A stretch of DNA of 64,000 nucleotides, from positions 246,326,001 through 246,390,000 of the forward strand of contig OZ024743.1 in assembly GCA_964016885.1 (NCBI GenBank), written 5' to 3'. This DNA is from Eledone cirrhosa (taxonomy: Eukaryota). The first letter of the stretch is position 1; each line of letters opens with the position of its first letter. The position numbers and the translations under genes are program-made. The notes under the pieces were generated by a model. It ran no database searches, had not been told where the DNA came from, and worked only from the letters and a program-made list of their open reading frames with translations. Positions 37,461 through 50,531 of the stretch are shown piece after piece.

Positions 37461-38183
37461 CTAGCTGAATGACCCAGCGTTGCCCGGGTTACTGCTGTTT
37501 TTATTCAGATTAGGAAACAATAAATATGAAGAATTTTTTTTTCTCATATTCACTTTACATAAAATATGTCAAAGTTGTAATGATAATAGAATTTAGAAAT
37601 GAAAATCTCTTCAACCCGGTTTTACCATCTTCTTTTCTCAACCAAGAAACCAACAAAAATCACAAAAAGGGAACACAAAAAATATATATATATTAAGAAT
37701 AGCAAACAGAATCGTAATAAATTTTCTGTCGAAAACAAAAAACAGCCAAAAAACAGTTTTTTTTTAACGGATGATAAATTACTGTAAAGTTGTTGGAAGA
37801 GCCTGATAGAATGAGATGAGCAACAGCCAGAAGCACAGCAGCAGCAGTATTTCGAACTGTCCACCATTTAGGGTCGTAATCTTCAGTTTCGATATCAGAT
37901 TTATGAGAGAGGTATATCGTGAATTATTGAGTTTTATCGATTTTTTTGCGTAATTGGGGATCAATTTTAAATATATAAATTCTGTATGACCTAATTGAAG
38001 CTATTTCGAATATTGATAAGTAATTTTCCATTGAAGGAGGTGTTTTTCTTTTAATCGTATAGAAAAGGAACATGCACACACACTCGCTTTTATAGATAAT
38101 GATATATCTGTATGTGAGTGTGTGTAGGTGTTTGTATATATATAAACTCTTTTTGTGTTAAATCATCTCAGTGGTAATGCACG

Positions 38184-41100
38184 TTACAGGACCTCTTTGT
38201 AGACTATGTTGCGGGTCATACCGTTGGGTGTGTATGAAAAAAGGGAGTCCTTACTCCCAACTCGCGAGCAGGCAACATAAAGTTGGCCATGAGTAAAGCA
38301 GGGTTCTTTTAGATGAATGCCCGCCACGGACAAAGTTTGACCCTGAGATTTGTTTATGGTGATCGCGAAGCAAGGCCTTACGGGAAACTGATGTCGCCTA
38401 AAACCTATCGGGATGTCCGTGGTCGAAGGTTGGATGCTTAGCCTTGGAATCATGACGGTCTCACCTTTACCACAACCAGTTAAAATGGTTGCTTCAATGA
38501 GATGGTTCGTCATTGATTTGACTACCATTCGAGTGCCGTTGCATTGTTTTGGGGGGCGCATGTTACGCATAAGCATAATCGGACTGCCGACCTTGAGTTT
38601 CAGGATGTGGGGTGGGAGACCTGGGGGGTCAAGGCTATTCAAAAACTCTACTGGGTAATCCGTCGCCTCCTGTGGATCGGTGACGCGGTCTATAGACTTA
38701 AAAATTTTCTCTTGGGCTGGAATCTTGCCGAGTAGCTCTTCGTTGAGAACATTAATAGCAGAGATTTTGGGGGCTAGGATGGCTCTTGAACTAAGCCAAT
38801 CTAAGTTAGTGTAGTTAACATGTAGGTTTGGAAAAACAGCTTCTAAAAGGGCCTGAGGACTGTCAACTGTATTACTGACAGATGCCAGCGACACCTCACC
38901 CTTTTCGTTGGAAGGAAGTCGGCCTTCCCCTATAGCTAGGATGGCCTGGCCGAATTCAGCAGACGTGCTGTCCCCGAGCAACTGCGCCCGCATGTTAACG
39001 CTCAGGCGGAGTGTCCGAACGATAGGCCAAAGCGTCGACGACTTCAGGCATGCGCGGACTTCATCAGCCCTTGTCCCTTTGGGGATAACAGGCAGCGTTT
39101 GCCTGAAGTCACCCGAAAGCAGTAAAGTCACGCCACCCAAGGGTGCCGAGGAGTTCCTGATATCTTTTAAACTCCTATCTAATGACTCCAGAGCACCCTT
39201 ATGTGCCTTGGTGCATTCGTCCCACACAATGAGGTAACATTTTGCGAGAAGTGCCGCCTTGTCGGAGTGCTTGCTAATGTTGCACGTCGGCGTATCAGTT
39301 CGTGCGAGGTCCAACGGAAGCTTAAAGGCAGCATGAGCCGTCTTCCCTCCAGGCAGCAAGGTAGCGGCGATCCCCGATGAGGCAAGGGCAATCTTTTTTT
39401 GTTGTCGAAGACGCGCCAAAATGAGGGAGGTAACGAAGGTTTTGCCTGTACCGCCAGAGGCATCAAGAAAGAAGACACAACCTAATCCACCCAGTGCACT
39501 GTCAACGACAGTCTCATAAGCAACCCTTTGCTCGGGAAGAAGCTTATGTTCATTTTCATCTAGGAAAGTTGTCAACATGGCGACATCGTAAGATGTCTCC
39601 AACAGAATATCTGGACCCAGCACACTAACATTTTCCCTGCTGGCGGCTGGCAAGCCGTATGTTGGCAAGTCATTCCCCCCTAGTTGAAGGAGCTCTTCTT
39701 GGATGGAAATTAGCCCTTGGTTGTAAATGATTTCGGTGAACCCCACTTCTAAAGACGGATTTTGCCGTTTGGCTGTGCGGAGGAAGTCCTCGCACAAATC
39801 GTCCCTGTACTTCAGCCAAAGGGCTGAAGAGTTAGCTAAGCCACAATTGTGCAGCAAAAAGGCAAACAGTTCCCTTAATTTCTGTGGGGATTTCAGCAGA
39901 GCACCATCGGCGAGGGTCGAGTCCCATTGGGAGTCATCTTCCAAGAGACCAAGCCTAAAGCAGGCTTCTCGAAAAGTGTTGCAAAGTTCCCCGTTTACTT
40001 TTTTTAAGTCAAAGAAACCTTGCGGCCCCTTGACCTCGTGCAGAAGAATGCGCAGGTGAAAGCACTCAGGTTGGGTTGGGGGAACCGTGTAGACTCTACC
40101 GAGACAGTCAGAAAATTTAACTCCCGGATGCGATTCAACTGCCTTACCAGTTTTTCGCCGTACCCAGCTATTGCGGTGCCAAGTGAAGTACGACGGCACC
40201 TGAGGGTAAATTAGAGTTCTCGCAAAAGCGTCTACGTGACAGAGCTTAAAGAAAGCGGTTAACGTGGTTTCTTTGGGGTTAGCCGCAACTTGAGCAGCAT
40301 TTGCGGCCGTAAAGTAAACCCGCTGTCCGTTCTCTAAGTGGACCGCCAGGTTTGTGATTTTGGGGTACCTTTCATGGATAAAAAAACCAAAAATTCGCCA
40401 AAACGCTTCGTTTGTACTTATGTACCGGACCGATAGGTACTCACTGACCTCGTCCCGGTCGGACTGGAGGGCGAATGCAGCGGAATCGCAGCCCTTGTTG
40501 ACGTACTTGCAAACATATTTAATCGATTTAACTGAGCTACAGAATTCCACATTAATGTGGGCTTGGAACGTCGAAGTGAGAAGTGGACAATAGGGGACCA
40601 CCCATCGATTGTCGACTTGCTTGCCCCTTACAATGGCAGTAAAACCACCGTCTTCAGGCGACCGGCGCCTGTACAGGGGATAGCCGTCGTGCCCTGTCTG
40701 GGTCTCTGAAACAAATTTCCTAGGGTATCTCTTACTACAGATCCCGTCTTTCTGACACGAATGGTTAGAACCCGAATAACAGGGTCCGTGTATCATGGAA
40801 GCCGTGACGACGTCGAAGAGTTCTTTGTCGGTGGCAGGGTTGGGGATCTCTGCGCAGATAAATTTGTCGATGTCGTTGGAGTTGATCTTGTTCTGCAGCC
40901 ACAGTAACAGATGAATGTGAGGCAGGCCCCGTTTCTGCCATTCTACGGTGTACGTATGGCATCTAGCAGGGCCGAAGATGTTGGCTTTTGCACAACATGC
41001 CTTCATTTTCTGTATGTTCCTCTCGAAAGCCCTCGCTATGAGGTCAAGGCGGTGGTGGTATGAATGCCCTGGAAGGAGTTCTCGGGTGATCTCATCCGCC

Positions 41101-42940
41101 TTCGGGTTGCACGTGAAGGTGATGAAGAGGTCAGGACGGCCGTAGGCCCGCACGTAGGTCATGGCGTCCTGAGTCCTCTCGTGCATGTACCGAGGTCCTC
41201 CAGTGAAGGTAGAAGGCAAGATGCAGACCTTGCCAATGTTTCGGGGATCCCCGTCGTTGGTCAAGCCGTCTCGCAGGTGTATGTAGCTTTCGCTACGCAG
41301 TTGCTGCTGGTGGGTTCGAATGAAGGCCAGTCGTTCTGACTCCATCTTTGCTGCCATATCCACCGCAAATTGGTTTAGTAGGTCCTGCGATCTGTGCAAA
41401 CTGTTGAAACAGTTTCTCCGAAGCATGAGTCGGTATGCGTAAAATTCCTTGCAGGACACGGTTTTGGCGGCAGCAACTGGTTTGGCTGGTTTGGCTGGCA
41501 GTGTGGAGTCTTGAAGTGGTAGCCGTCCTCGCCGCGGGGGAAAAGTAGAGGGTATTGGAGGCTGTCGTAGGATCGGTGTGTTTCGCGTATTCTGTGGAGG
41601 CCAGTTGCATGGTTGGATATGACGATATCCCGGGGGTTGTGCTGGTCTCCGTGAAGGACGACTGCCACCTCGTTGCACGCGGGCGCGTTGAATCGACGGG
41701 CGTGTTCTCCGGATGGTCTTTTGTCGGCATCGATGACAATGTTGAAGTTAGGCAGGTCAGTAGTCTCCAAGGCGTACTTGAAGCTCTGCACATAGCTGTT
41801 TTCGGAGTGTAGCATTTGCTGCAGCGCAAGGAGGACGTCTCTGTCCAGGTTCTCTCTAGTGCCATCAGCTGGGATGACAGATGAGCGCATGTCAGCCTGC
41901 TTGTTGTAGTCAGCTATGAAGTAAATTTGCAGGAAGGCGGGTTGCGCTGACGGCGCAGGCTGTAGAGGACCGACGTAGTGGTAAACCTGGCCCTGAACCT
42001 TAAAGGTTGGCATCCACCCGCTTTTTCGGACAATGTTGGCCCCGAACGAAGTCATCTGGAAGGCGCAGTTGTATTTCCTTATGTTGCCAAGGAAGTCTGT
42101 TGACGTAGAGGTCTCTCCGCTAAGAAGTTCTCGCAAAGGTTCTGGAGGGGCCGCCAAAGGAGGAAGTGAAACCTTCCCATTAGAGCAGCACAGGCCAGGT
42201 GGTTCTCCGGGCCACTTCTCTGCACCACAGAATTGGCATATGACATCCATTCTGCCTAGTTGAATGTCCGTATGGTCGGAGTATTTTACTGTTGGATCGT
42301 AGTTGAAAGCCTTCATAAGCCAAAATGACTCATGTGGACTCGTTGTTCCTCTGGCGGTGTCTCTTCGTGCGTTGTTTGTGTCCAACCGAGCACGGCGGGC
42401 TGTTTGATGTTCTGCGGCACGGGAGGCGGCGGTGGATACAGCGTTCTGGGACCTTCGGATGGCTGTCTGTATCTCGGTCTGGGATGCTCTGGCAGCTGCG
42501 GTGGAGGCGGAGTCCTTGGACCTTCGGATGGCTGTCTCCTGGTCGGTTTCTGCGGCACGGGAGGCGGCGGTTGAAGCAGCGTTCTTTGACCGTCTGGTGG
42601 CTGTTTGCTGTTTAGTTTCGGAGGTCCTTGCAGCAGCAGTAGTTGCAGCATTCCTAGCCCTACGAAGAGCTCTTTGGCTGTCACTCTCTGCTGCCCTAGA
42701 GGCGGCTGTTGCAACTGCATTCCAACAATTACGAATGGCACGATTCGAAGCGGTAACCGTAGATAGAGAGGCGCTGGGTTGGGCTGTGCTAGGGGTACTT
42801 AAGTTTGAAAGCGAAGTAACAGGGGTTTGTGGCCAAAAATGCAGTCCGGCATCCGAAGACTGCTCATTCAATCGCCTCTTTTTTGAAACAACAGACGATG
42901 TTTTCCTACGGCTAAGGGTACTCTTTCTTTTCAGTGGCAT
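38184..42940 (-). CDS. Helitron Rep/helicase (23-aa STPR-like repeats, Zn finger, HUH Rep, Pif1-family helicase), split by one frameshift near 41465-41510
   Basis: ICQFCGAEKW..EPPGLCCSNGK; Rep motifs PDLFITFTCNP, VEWQKRGLPHIH and KYVCKYVNKG; helicase motifs GGTGKT, IVWDE, GDFRQTLPV, FAITINKSQGQT and HGQLYVACSRV. Confidence 0.95.
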
Positions 42941-43344
42941 GGTTGCAATAGTACAGTAAACAGTAAAGGGGAAGCAGGTTTAGAGCAAAGGCAAAAAAAG
43001 CGAAGGTGATAAGCAGTATTTTGGGGAAGGTAAAAAAAAGTGATAAATTGTTACAATTTTAAGCAAGAAAAAAGTAAACAAAAACGTACTGGGAATGGCA
43101 AAGTCCGAAAGCGAGGTCACAAAATGTAATGCAGTGAGAGTGAAGCACACGTCTACACAGTAGCCTAACCAAGTAGCAAGTGTAGCGTTTGAAAACCAAA
43201 GCTTTGCAAAGAGTCCAGGAAATTTTTTTTTTAATTCAAGGCGAAAATTTGTCCACTTCTCGACCGAAAGAAAGCAAAAACTGACTCAACTGGTGCCAGG
43301 TGGTCAGAACTGGCAGGAACTGGTTTGTGTCACGTGAAGCTGTA

Positions 43345-43620
43345 ACTATAGCAACAGTGGTTTCCTCGGTCTCAAAGACCAAAGTAAGTGGAGAGGGGAA
43401 GGTAATGTTACTGTAACACCAACAACGTTTCTCTCTATATTCCTCGATCAATAAAGAAGGGGGAGGGGGAAGGTAATGTTACTATAGCAACAGTGGTTCG
43501 CTCACTGACCAAAGTGGAGAGGGGAATGTAATATTTCTGTGACACCCAAAACTTCTCTCTCTATCTTCCTCTCTCTCTCTCTAAAGAAGGGGGAAGGGGA
43601 GGTAATGTTACTATAAGACC
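43345..43620. repeat. About 135-bp imperfect tandem duplication in the Helitron 5' region
   Basis: Repeated ctatagcaacagtggtt and ggggaaggtaatgttact. Confidence 0.8.
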
Positions 43621-44169
43621 TGTTATTCCTGTCTCTCTATATACGAAGTGGAGATTCGACCTCGAGCTTCACTCTCGACCGAATTTCGAAATGATTCGAG
43701 CACGTCAACAAAATTTAGACTCTTTTCTACCCATATTAGCAAAAAACCAGGTAAAAAAACTCAAAAGGAAAAATTTTTCACGTGTGCATAAAATGCAACC
43801 TCATCTCCCGATTTCACCCAAAATAGACAAAAAGGTGAATTGCGGGCCCCTAGGGGGACCTATCAAAAAACAAAGTAGCCTAGCAATGTAAAGGGTCATG
43901 AGGAGTGATGTATGCAAATTTGAGCGAGATCGGGCGAGCGGTGTAGACGCCAACCTCGAATAATGTAGCATCCACACACAGACAAACACAAATCCTTTTT
44001 TTATATATATATATATATATGCAAAAGTTCTATTTAAAATTGTTGGGATACAACAAGTAAATATTTTTATAACTGATATAAAGCACTCGACAATTTAATG
44101 TGGTATCCCTGAAATATGTATAATGAAATAAATATGGTTTTATAAATATAGTTTCCATTTATTAATATC

Positions 44170-44214
<45 letters not shown>

Positions 44215-44215
<1 letters not shown>

Positions 44216-44455
44216 GTCCATTTACCACGCTAACATGGATAGTTCGGGCTGTCCCTTTGTGAGAGATCAGGTCGGAGGACCGTGTTTCTCAGAGAACTGA
44301 TTTTGGTTTGGTTTCTATGGCTAGATGCCGTTCCTAACGCCAACCACATTTACAGTGAGTACTGGGTGCTTCATGTCGTGACACCTATACGACCGCTTTA
44401 CAGTTTGGACTGGGCGCTTTTGTCATGACTCCTACACGACCACTTTACTCTGTGG
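44215..44455 (-). mobile_element. RTE 3' UTR fragment
   Basis: tggctagatgccgttcctaacgccaaccacatttacagtg matches the RTE UTR motif. Confidence 0.6.
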
Positions 44456-44632
44456 ACTATAAAATGAATAGGAATGTCATGTCCGAGAAAATTACAGACA
44501 CTCGCCATATCGCCTGCAATGAAATATATAGTAATAATAATAAATTTGAAGACTAAAATCCAAAGAGGGCTCGATAAGGATAAATATATATCAAATATAT
44601 AAGAACCGTAGAGCAAATATTTATTAAAATAA

Positions 44633-44706
44633 CAGATTAAAGTTTAAGCAAAGAATAGCTGCTTTCACCCTTAACGGGATCTTCTGAAACTAACAAAGTC
44701 AATCTG
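44633..44706 (-). ncRNA. Type I hammerhead-ribozyme-like motif, variant core CAGAAGA, downstream of the Penelope 1 ORF
   Basis: Minus strand: cagattga..agttt CAGAAGA t ccc gttaa ggg t GAAA gca..tgc TT aaact ttaatctg. Same strand as the ORF. Confidence 0.65.
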
Positions 44707-44769
44707 TAAACGCAGAAGTGGATATTTCAAAAAACGTTGCAACCGGAGGAAGACAGGAAGACGATACTT

Positions 44770-45040
44770 TGGTTCGTGGAAACGTTCCCTGGCAAAGAAC
44801 GGGAAAAAACGAATATAATAGGTCATTAATAGGAGCGGTGAAAAACAATTACGCGCAAAGACAGAACCACGTTTATGGTATAAAAGAGGTCGTAGACTAA
44901 TGTTCTCTTGGGTGGTTCATAGAGACGTTCTCTGGCAATGAACGAAAAAAACGAAGATAATACGTCATATGTGGAGCGTGGAGAACAATTGCACGCAAAG
45001 ACAAAACCACGTAAATGGTATAGCAGAAGTCGTAGACTAA
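44770..45040. repeat. About 140-bp diverged tandem duplication
   Basis: acgttc.ctggcaa.gaacg...cgcaaagaca.aaccacgt..atggtata...gtcgtagactaa occurs twice. Confidence 0.8.
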
Positions 45041-48000
45041 AATTCTAACTAGGAAACCGAATGAATCTCCGCTTCAGAGTTAAGAATAAAGTAAATAAGT
45101 ACAATACAGAGGTAATAGAAATTAAATAAATACATACACGCATACAAATACGTACATACACAAGCATACGCGAAAAAATTACCATAGGTATACAAAACCA
45201 CGCACATATAAATATGTGTGTGTGTGTGTGTGTGCGTGTATACAAATAAATAAAATAAACGTATATAAATAAATAAATACGTATATAACAAGCGCACACA
45301 CATACCTACATGTAAATACACAAATGTTCGGAGACGTAAGTCAACCAAAACATGAAGTACACATATACACACACCCTACATACGTACGAACCTGCATACT
45401 CACACAGACGCAAAACTCCCGTATACACATAACCAAACCATATGTACCAGAATATATAAAATTATACGCCATAACATATACAATCAAATATACGTACGAG
45501 AAAGTATACGTACCTTCACAAAACATACAGGTAATATATACTTACCTATGCAAATAAGTAATGGTATAAACAAAACATATACTTAGCTACCACATCAAGA
45601 CGTAAAATATCCGCGTATAGATCGTACTATCCGTTAGGGTATAACGTAGGGCTGTAATACAGGAAAGTTTTGTGCAATTTATGTTTACAAGCCGAAATTG
45701 CCTCAGATTTTTTGTTTAAGATGTGGTCTGTGGCGTAGAGTATTTCCAGGGCCTCAGCGGCGCAGAGGTCACATGGTCTTTTATTTCCGTTATACGATCT
45801 AGCCCTAGCTAGGATCTCCCAGTGTAACTTATATTGGGTGTGGTTGTCTTTTAGACTCCAGATATAAGCTGACAGTGACGTCATATTCCTTCTTAGAGGG
45901 TAACGAAAATAATGGGTATGCATGTAAAGACGCTGCTTGAATCTATTGGCGGTTAACCCTATGTAGGCCCTACGGGACGTGGGTGTTTCAACCTTACATT
46001 TGTAGACAATGTTACTAGAGAGGCATTTCCCGGATAAGGGGCAATCAACCCGATTCCTACAATTACAGTTAGTACTAACTACAGGGTTGCACGTGTTCTT
46101 ACGGCTAGGTACTTAGCTAAATTTGAAGCTGTGATGTTATGTGCAAGGTTAGGAGTCGTAGAATAAGAAATTTTAATAGTATTTCTATTAAAAATTTTAC
46201 TATATTTATGTTTAGGGGGAAAATGCTTCGTAATAAAGGAAAGAAAGATCTTAGCTAATGGTGTGGCCACCTCCATATTATATGGTGGGTTATACCAACA
46301 AATGCGACGGGATCTATTTCTTCTAGGTCTATTTTCGTACTCTGTATATGCTACCTTATCGACAAATCCACTCCGAGCAAGAGCTTCATTGTAATAAGTA
46401 GAATGGTCGTTGAAAATATGCTCGTTAGTACATAGACGGGAAAGCTACAACGAAACGTTTCTTACCAGGTTCTTGGTTATGCTGGCAGGATGGCTGGAAT
46501 GCTTACTTATGTAATTAAGCGTATCATTCGGCTTTCTATACGGGTAATACAACCCATTCGATAAATTGAGGGTAACGTCGAGGTAATTAACGACCGAGAG
46601 ATTGGCCTCAACCTGTATAGAGAGGTTGAAGCCTTTAAAGAAGGCTGTGAGTTTTTCTGAACCTGTCGCAAGCACGAGGTCCGCACTTAGTCATGGTCAA
46701 AAGACCATCATCACGGTACAAACCACCGCCCGCGTTGGGGAATTCGTCCTTGATAGAGAAAAGAAGGAAAAGGCCGATAAGATCAGTAACCTCCGCAGAA
46801 TCGCTGGCGCCCATACTCACGTCGAATGGGGTACTATTGGATTTTTTTATCCAAATAGAGTCGTCGAAATTAATCACCGACTTACGGGCATTGAGGATGA
46901 CATCAACTTCGAAATCCTTAACCACTGTGAGTGTTTTAGCGAAATTGATAGCTCTTAGGAGAAGTGGTAAAGTGATGGAGGAGTAGTAATTGTTGATGTC
47001 GAATTGGATAAAACGGCAATGTTCCTTGTTACATATGCCGTTGAACCAATCAATCACCGCGAAAGAATTGTTCCACAGTGTAAGAGGGGCCAAACTTCTA
47101 ATTTCAGGTATAATTCTATGAAGAATCGTTTTACTAAGTCTACCTAAATCGGACTTCGTAGGGTTAATAAGCCGAATAGAGGGGTTGTTCGGAAAATTGG
47201 ATTTGTGATCCTTCAGGGTAAAGTGGGGAGAAATAGGGTTCAGGATGTTGAGATCAGATGTGATTTTAAACCCAGCATCGTTGATTTCATTGATGACGCA
47301 CCGATTAGTTTTACGATAATCCTTAGTTACAGCATTATGTAGTAATTGATGGTAAGTACTGCGCTCCACTTGATATAGGTTGCCAGTTTTGTCGGAATGG
47401 ACGTGCATGGCATTAGAATCCTTAATAGAACGAATTCTATTCTTCAGGTCCCGCTGGAAGGAATCGCTCCTATTCCGAAATTTGATACTCCGTATGAGTT
47501 CAAAGACATCATTTTCGAAGGGAGAGAATGGAAGAGAAGAAAAGAGGCAACAAGAAGAAGGAGGGAAGAGTGCTTCTTTTCTTCTCTTCCCTCTTCTCCT
47601 ACCAGTCGCACTTGCTTATCACTTCCGCTTGTTGCCACTTCTGCAGCGCCAGAGCTTGTTGTCCTTTCTAGCGGCGACTTGGTGCCGACGGACGTATTTT
47701 ACTTCTCTCTCTCTCTTATCTATCTGCTGGTGTCTATTCATACCAGCAGAAATAGGTAGTTTTAGGTAGTCCTCTCAATTTAAATCATGCGAAATTACAG
47801 CCGATCTGAAAGCTGAAGACGTGTAATGATTTTTGTGTGATATAGTCGCGTTCATTTTCTCCCCTTTTTCCTTTCTTCCTGTCACTTCTGCGGACCAACA
47901 CACTTCTAGCCGCTGATTTCTATTCTTTAAGGTAAATTCTACCTGTAGCTGTCATTGACGGCATTTTGCTGTTTTAACAGCTATTCTTGCGTTGAGATTT

Positions 48001-49571
48001 TCTCATTATTCTATTGAGGGCCTGGTTGTAATAAGGCGCATGTTCATCGAATATCTGCTCATTAGCGGACAAACGAGATATACGGAGGGAGATGTTTTTA
48101 ACCAGGTTATTGGTGATGTTTCCAGGATGGTTAGAGCGGCGGAGGATGTAGTGAAGGTTGTCGCTTGGTTTCCTGTATGGGTAGTACAGATCATTTTCGA
48201 GGTTGAGGGTAACGCCCAGGAAATTGACTCGGGTTAGGGACGTTTGTAGGGTGATTTTAAATCCCCAGTCCCGGAAGAAGTTGATTAGTTGTTTATGGAC
48301 CCGGTCTGTACTACTGGGGTTGTACCCTTTGATGGTAAAGAGCCCACCGTCTCGATACAATCCACCGCTGAAAGCAGGAAACATTTCGGTGAGTTTATGT
48401 AGTAGGAATAATCCTATAAGATCGGTCACCTCGGCTGAGTCGGTCGCGCCCATACTGACGTCGAAGGGGGATTCGGGAGCTCTCTTTATCCACTTGGAGT
48501 TGTCGAAAAGGAGGACTGTCTTCCTGGCGTGGAGAATGATGTTTCTTTCCTGGTTGATGATGGGTGTGAGTGTTTTGGCAAAGTCCAAAGCGGCTGTGAG
48601 GAACGGTAGGGTAATAGAGGCGTAATCGCTCTCTATGTCTAACTGGATGAATTTAGTGTCCCGTTTGTCCTCAATATTCCTGAACCATGAGATTACTTCC
48701 TGGGTGCTGACCCAAAGGCTAAGTCCTGCGTTTTGCTTAACTTTTGGTATAACGCGGTCTAGGATCTTTTTACTGATTCTCCCTATGTCCGACTTCGTCG
48801 GGTTTATAAGCCTGATGGATGGTTTGCGGTCGAAGTCGGATTTATGGTCCTTTGGGGTGAAGTAGGGAGTCGAGAGGTTCAGTGCGGTCGGCGACCCCGA
48901 GGTTGGAAGTAATTTGTTGTCCATATAGATTTACATCATGGATTATTGAATGGTTTGCCTTTTTGTAGGTGGAGTTCACGCTGCTCCTGATAAGTGTGTG
49001 GTATCTGTCAGGGTTGACGAAATAGAGGTTTCCAGTTTTGTCCGAATACACCAGAATGTCGCTGGTGCTTTCATACTCCGTTATTTTGCTACGGAGTTGT
49101 AGGAATCGGTTGTGTCTGGGTTTAAATTTTATACCCTTGACCAGGTGAAAGAGGTCGTTCTCGAAGGGTGAGAGCATAGGGTTCGGTGGGGGAGATTTGT
49201 AGGTATTGAATCCGAATCTCTCCTTGGTGTCGAAGTCTTGGTTGTCGCGGTATCTATCGTAGAAGAATGTTCTCCATCTCAGTCTTTTCGCAAACAGGTC
49301 GATTCTTTGCGTGAGCATCCGAAGGAAAAGTTTTCTCGGTGTAACTGGGATGTTCTTGGTGGAGAAGTCGATAGTATGTTTTCGCATGGTGGGTGTAATG
49401 AAACTAGAGCTGGGTGGAAAAGTCGGGATAAGGCGTGGTAGGGTTGGAAAGTGCTCTACTACGGAGATAGGAGCTAGATAACGAATGAAGTGTGGTAAGG
49501 AACCAGATGGACCATAACGACCAGAGTTCTCAATACTTAGGGTAGTAGGGTGGGTAATAGGAAAAAGTTTA

Positions 49572-49666
49572 ACCCCAACGGCTGAGCTCAAGCTGTTTCG
49601 ATGGCTATTTCTGGACTAAATTAGAATTTTTAGCGTGGTAATAAACAGCCGAACTTTTCAAGGGGT
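49572..49666 (-). ncRNA. Type I hammerhead ribozyme variant (core UUGAAAA), pLTR copy 1
   Basis: acccc TTGAAAA g..ggctgttt..aaatagcc..c GAAAC agct tgagctc agcc GTT ggggt. Confidence 0.65.
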
Positions 49667-50531
49667 AGTTCCTTATATAACAACATAACATACAATCTTA
49701 CTTGGAGCTTACTGTCCAGGGCTAACTCCTACACGGAAGGACGCCGTCCGTGTAACTTATTCTCGGAAGAAACAATACAAATGCTGTTTACGAAGGACCA
49801 ACTTCTAAACAAAAAAGACGAACTTGTAACTGCATGTAAACACCGATTGCGTAGGACTTACCTCGCCTTCAAACCCCCTCATGACCCGGGTGGGTAGAAA
49901 ATGGCTGCAACATCCTTCTTTTCTCCACTTGCCAAACAAGATAGGAGAAACCCCAGCACACATAGGTAGATGTACTTCTTTTCTTTTTCCCTTTATATCT
50001 TCTTTTTACTTCCTTCCACTTCCACTCCCTCTCCCCTTTCTTTTCTTTTTTCCTCTTTCGCCTACCCTGAGGCAGCCCATCAGGCTTTTGTAGCCTCAGT
50101 ACCCCCACCCCAGTAAATTCTATATAGCATTGGCCGAAAACGCAATACCAGCTAAAAATATAGCAGCTGCTTTAAACTCTAGAGATTTTTTATTTTTTAT
50201 TATTTGTTACTATTTAATTTTGTTATTATTTTTTTATTTATTATCTTTTAATCTCAATTTATTAACCTTTTAACTTTATAACGTTCCACTCTCGTTCCCC
50301 CAGAATTCTTTTTCACCTGCTTCTACCTAGCCTAATTTCATACACACTCCTTAGAATTTGGTGTATAGAATTCACTTTCAGCGCTTGACCGGCTCCACCC
50401 ACTCCCTCATTGTTCTACAGGCAAGTTCAGCCACCCCCACCTCCAACCTACCACCAAGAAAGATTTAATTGTGTTTACAAGAAATGTTGACCAATCCTTT
50501 TGACAACTACAATCTTCCCATATAAGGAATT

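Larger units (their letters stand above)
37461..44020 (-). mobile_element. Autonomous-type Helitron (about 6.5 kb)
   Basis: 3' hairpin cccgggcaacgctggg plus tcattcagCTAG at 37461. The 5' end tatatatataaaaaaaggatttgtgtttgtctg merges into (TA)n. Encodes RepHel. Confidence 0.92.
44560..47525 (-). mobile_element. Penelope-like element 1 (Naiad-like), 5'-truncated and frameshifted, with 3' pLTR
   Basis: RT motifs DKTGNLY, HFTLKDHK.NF..NPSIRLINPTKSDLG, QFDI, FDVSMGA.DSAEV and GLYRDDGL; CNC..CPLSGKC finger; GIY-YIG IVYKC..AYIGLT..FKQR; CDLC..E..I..LNKKSE..S.CKH. Confidence 0.9.

Noticed and set aside
41500-41678. N-terminal about 60 aa of the 1164-aa ORF as a true start
   Set aside because: Out-of-frame translation upstream of the frameshift; the conserved protein runs in the 41375-42940 frame there.
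42432-42959. 175-aa Ala-rich plus-strand ORF and other antisense ORFs over RepHel, RTE and Tx1
   Set aside because: Antisense shadows of real TE coding frames.
44098-44112. cagggataccac (minus) as the 5' TIR of the hAT relic across the Helitrons
   Set aside because: I found no matching opposite TIR or 8-bp TSD.
45627-46100. Selenocysteine (in-frame UGA) recoding, reported for some Naiad elements
   Set aside because: All Cys of the CNC..CPL..C and CDLC motifs are TGT/TGC here, and I saw no convincing SECIS.
50052-50100. Minus-strand ctgatgg..gcgaaa hammerhead-like string
   Set aside because: A9 is missing, there is no stem III or cleavage triplet, and it is antisense to the element segment.
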